This document shows positions 59,563 to 64,000 of a DNA stretch of 64,000 bases, piece after piece. How positions within the stretch are numbered: position 1 is the stretch's first letter; every line of letters starts with the position of its first letter. The position numbers and the translations under genes were made by a program. The DNA is from the human T2T-CHM13v2.0 reference genome, Homo sapiens. The notes under the pieces were generated by a model. The model was not told where the DNA came from and searched no databases. It saw only the letters and a list, made by a program, of their open reading frames with translations. Location: assembly GCF_009914755.1 (NCBI RefSeq), contig NC_060947.1. One strand, given 5' to 3'.

Positions 59563-62500
59563 GTCATACATAAACTCAAGGATAAGAAGGTGGATGACAG
59601 AGAAACAAGGCATCTCATGCCTGGTTCAGGCTGGGTACCAAGGCATGTCCAATCCCTTGGTAGCATAGGATGACAAGAGAAGAAAAAAGAAGGTAAGTTC
59701 TGGTGAACAGAGTACTAAAACCAAAATGTACTACTTGAAAAGAAAGTAAGACATAAAGTAAGAAAGTAGGTTTCCACCATGACAGTCAACATCCTGGGGT
59801 GGGTGATGGGGGGAGCAAGGGCAGTCACAGCTGGAGAGGTGGGAGCACAACTGAGGTTCAGCAGAGGAGATTGTCCAGAAAGTTCAGAGGACAGAGAAGA
59901 GTGCAGTATGAAGGATGGCATCCCTATAGTTTAACAAACCTGCCCACAAGACCATCAGCTTGCCTATATTGTCACCAGCATGTCCCCAGTGTGGCACAGG
60001 CTCCAGATCAATCTGATATTCTCAAGGCCATGGTGTCCAAAGTTCCCACTGTGACTGCAAACCCCAAAGCTGCCTTAAGCTTATGGAGTCCTTTAGAGCC
60101 TGTTCTGGTTCTTATTACATGTCACAAGGTAGGCCCAGACTACCTCCCCTGAGGGCCTGGAATAGAAACCTCCATCCCCATCCTTGTATGGATCCAGGTA
60201 GAGCCGCCATCCCACAGGGAGCCATGGCAGGCCAGTGGACAGACTTGGGGAAAGATGGCTTACAGAGGCGCATGGAAACCCCACCTCATACTGGGGGGTA
60301 CAGTGCCAAGAAATGGCAGCGGGTCACAAGGCTGGCTCTGGCCTGGGGAGCTGAGAAATCCTAGCGTCCCAGAGTGGACAGGCCCCATAGCACCCTGCCC
60401 TTGGCCTCCCACCCTTGGCAGGCAATCCCTGACAGATGGTTGTCCAGCCTTTCCTTGACCTCACCCCCATGATGAGAAATTCTCTTCTCTCTGAGATATG
60501 TGATTAGAAACAGGCCTCTCTGGCTTCAGCTTCCATCAGCCAGTGAGGGGGCCCTAAATATCATTCAGATAAAATCTCCTCCCTCTTTCTGCACATGAAA
60601 GGCCTTTGGCTGTTTGAAGCCGGTTTCTGTGCTCCTCCTGTCTCCTGACCCTCACCTCTCCAACCCCCCACCAAACACAGACGTCTTCTGAGCTGAAGCA
60701 GTGGGACAAGCAGGGTGGGCCAAGCTGGCAGCTGATGCTGCCACAGGGGCTCCGGGCAAGTGACGGACAGCAGGTGTATGTGGGCTTCTGCAGCGGGACC
60801 TTGCCATCAGAGCATAAGTGCTGTCCTGGCTTGCACCTGGGGAAGGATGAGCTGTTTCCTCTCTCCCTTACGTCCCCTTCCTTTTCCACATGTATGCCTA
60901 TGATTAGAATCCACTAATTGCAATAGAACTGACAAGAGAAGAAATTGCGAACTCCAGCTCAAGAGTCATCTTCTCTTGGAGACAAACTGATCATCAGACC
61001 CCTCATGGCTTGAGGTGCATCTAGGGTAAGGGCAGGCAGAGTCACCAGTACTTTTCTATCCCTGCAGGATGCTGGCCTGAGGGATACAGTCAGGCTTCTC
61101 CCTGTCAGGTACAGTCTGCCTAATTTGCTCAGCATTTGGATGTGATACTACCAACCTTAATTTTACCAAGTGCCTGCTTTGCCCAAGTGCAAGCCAAGGC
61201 CCTGGGTAGTGTTTGAAATGAGCACATGGTCTTTGAAATGAGCACTCTGACGCATTAGGTTTATAAATGCGGTTACCAGGAAGTACAGACCAAAGAGAGC
61301 ATCTTGACCCTGGGAATGAGTCCCATGTGTTTGGAGTGCTTATCCCAGGTATGCTTGCAATCAGAGAGAACACAAAGCTCCAAGTTGGGAGCGTTGCTTG
61401 ACTCATCAGGAAAGCATACAGGGACTGGTATAGTGATAGCCTTAATGTTTCTGTAGGAGAAAGAACACTCGGTTGTGGCTGTCAGTGTCAAGATGGTCAG
61501 AAAATATATGTTGCCCTTACATGAATCTCTCAACCTCAATTGGTCTATTTATAAAATGGGGGTGGGTGGATGGTTGAAATTTATGGTTTCTAAAATCTTT
61601 AATGCTCTATTACTAGAGTCGTGTTTCCACAGGGCATGCCCCTACCTGGGAGTATCTTTTGATTGGTCACGTAATTAACAGCCCAGTTGCCAGGCCATCA
61701 ACTCAAGCCCAGGCCTTGGAATCACAGTTGGAGAAGGAGCCAGGCCTCCTGCCCCCTGCTCTTCCTCCTCCCTCGCATCCTTTTTCCATGACCATGTATC
61801 TAACACTCTGTTAGAGTGACTTCCCCAATTTAGAAGGAGAGTGAGAACTCTGCATTCAAATGTCTGAGCAGTCTATTTTTATGTCAGCAAAGATTTCTGT
61901 GGAAAGTCACAGGGAACTCTGCCCTGTGGGCTACATTACCCCCACAGAAGGCACAATAATATTTGGAAAGATCCAGAGTTCTATGCAGGGCTATGCATTC
62001 TGCTTCAAAACATGTATTTATGTCTCCTTGCCCCATCAGGGCCCAGGATCACTGCACCTTCAGGATGAAGACATTAAAGATATGCAGTTTGGGTACAGAA
62101 TTGTGTTGAGATTGGGTTTTTATGTAGGAATTAGACACTGGCTTAGAGAAGAGCCCTCTTTCAAACCCTCAAGGAAGGGTCCATGCCCTTATTCAATATG
62201 GGAGAGGCAGTGAGTGTTGTAGTGTGCCATGATGCTGGACAAGGTGTCTCTGTTTTCACAGCCTCAGTTTCCCTTGCTGTAAAATGATGACAAGTCATGT
62301 CTAAGGGCCCCACAGCCAGGCCAACCTGGGAGCCTGTATTTAGGGCTTGTTCATTAGTTGTGTCTCCCTGCTGCCTGGCTGCATGACCCCTGGGGAAGTG
62401 GCCAAATGAGGCCATATACAACTCCATTTGCAGAAATACCTTGCCAGGCCCCAGGTGTTTTCTGGGAGAGTCTCAGTTCAGGTCTCAGCTTTGAGGTATG

Positions 62501-63689
62501 GCTTTTGACTACTGCTCACTTCAGCCCAGGACAGAGTATTCAAAACAGGAGCCCTTGTAGCCTGGCCAGGGAGAGGCTCTGCATCCCATCTCAGTGAAGG
62601 CCACATGTCCTGCCCCCACCCTTCTCCAGGAAAGAATGCCTATTGTGTGTCCTGTCCAATGACCCCCAAAGGGAAGGGCAGTCCCCCTGAAGAGCTGGCC
62701 TTGGGAATAGCTGAATTTTCACTAAACAAGGCAGAAGTGATGCTCTCTATGCTCACTGCCTACATCATTAACCGACAGAAAAAAAAAAAAAAAAACTATC
62801 TCTGCTCTCAGAAGATTCAGCTAGACCTTTAGTGCTGATGACTCACTTTCTCAAAAGCAGAGTTTCTCTATTTCTTTCCAAGTAAAATTTTTACCCCTTC
62901 TTAATGACTGAATGACCGCCAGGCACTGGGAGAAAGCAGTCCTTCAGCAGCCACCATGTGGGCACACCCAGGGCCCAGCAGGCAGCACACTGTCAGCAGG
63001 CACCCACTTCCCCTTTCAACTCCCCAGGATCAAGAGTAACAAAGGCCAAGCCTCCCTACTGGGAGGGCTTGCCCATCAGCCAAGCTGGCATTGCCCAGGG
63101 AACACTGGGGTCTTGGCAAGGCAACTCTGGAAATGAAGTTGTAAGTGACCTCACTTGGCCACTTTTCCAGGAGGGCATTTGCTCCTTCTCTGAACTCCGG
63201 CGGACAAGTCTATAGTGTCTTGGAATGACCTCCAAGATCCTGCCATAACATTCCCCATCCACTTGCCTCCTCTGTGAGCTGGGACCAGTAACTTCTGCCC
63301 CTAAGGAAGCTGACCTGGTAGTTTTCACCCCTCTCCCTCCATTGCTTCTTTTAATCCTCCCAGCACAGTAAAGGGTGGAAAATAATTATCCCCATCCTAC
63401 AGATGAGGAAACTGAGGCATCTTTTTAGCTGCAGACTTAGGATTTGAATCCCAATCTGTGGGGTCCCTCATGTAGGGAGACTGCTCCCACTGCTTCCTGG
63501 CTGGCCTTGGGCTCTCTCCTAGAAGCCATGATAACCTCCTCATCTTTTTTTGTTCTGGTTTTCCCTAGCTTGATAAGGTCTTGGTCTTCCCAGAGAGCTG
63601 GGCTCTTGCACTGGGGGTAGGGTGGAGGTTGGGCAGCACCTGAATAACAAAACCTTGCTGCTCTGCCAATCCTCCAGTGTTGAGGGACA

Positions 63690-64000
63690 GAGGCATGGTG
63701 GTAAAGGGATGGGAGGAGGCAGAGTCAAGTTCACATAGTGTGGAGTAGGAATCCACGCCTGAGGAATGGCAATAGGGAAGGAGAAGATGGGGCCAAGTCG
63801 AGATAAGTCAAGGAGGCAGAATCTGCAGAGCTTGAAAATAATTGGCTGTGGAAGCAAAGTAAATGGGAGGCACCTGAGATGACTCACAGGTTTCTGACTC
63901 ACCGGCCATTGGGTGGCCGGTGGTGTCATTTTGTAAGACAGGGAATCCAGAAGGAGCAGTATAGGAATGTAGGGGTGGAGACAATGAGTTTGATTTTGGA
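63690..64000 (-). mobile_element. L2 fragment
   Basis: Purine-rich antisense L2: ggcaatagggaaggagaagatg...gatgactcacaggtttctgact...gagacaatgagtttgattttgga. Confidence 0.65.

Noticed and set aside
46310-64000. Many 60-160 aa ORFs in the right-hand unique region
   Set aside because: They overlap on both strands, often use non-ATG starts and have no recognisable domains, as expected by chance.

Overview
This is primate, probably hominid, non-genic DNA dominated by transposable elements. It is not prokaryotic, and I found no intact protein-coding gene, RNA gene or CRISPR array. The one gene-like feature is a complete intronless processed pseudogene of NOL11 (15985-18484, +) with a poly(A) tail and target-site duplication (TSD). 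The region from about 5.4 to 46.3 kb is packed with nested LINE-1s: a full-length L1PB-type element (22033-28612), two 5'-inverted twin-primed L1PA insertions (5419-7075 and 33021-36427), 5'-truncated L1PA copies and old L1M elements. It also holds three Alus, solo LTRs, DNA-transposon relics, MIR and L2. The most interesting observations are mechanistic fossils: an inverted L1 with a large internal deletion and a probable 3' transduction, reciprocal CpG decay in the NOL11 TSD, a 40-bp-arm hairpin, an orphan polyadenylated insert, and local inverted or templated segments. I do not see evidence of a new biological system. Repeat subfamily names come from recalled consensus sequences and need RepeatMasker/Dfam confirmation; boundaries of old repeats are approximate.
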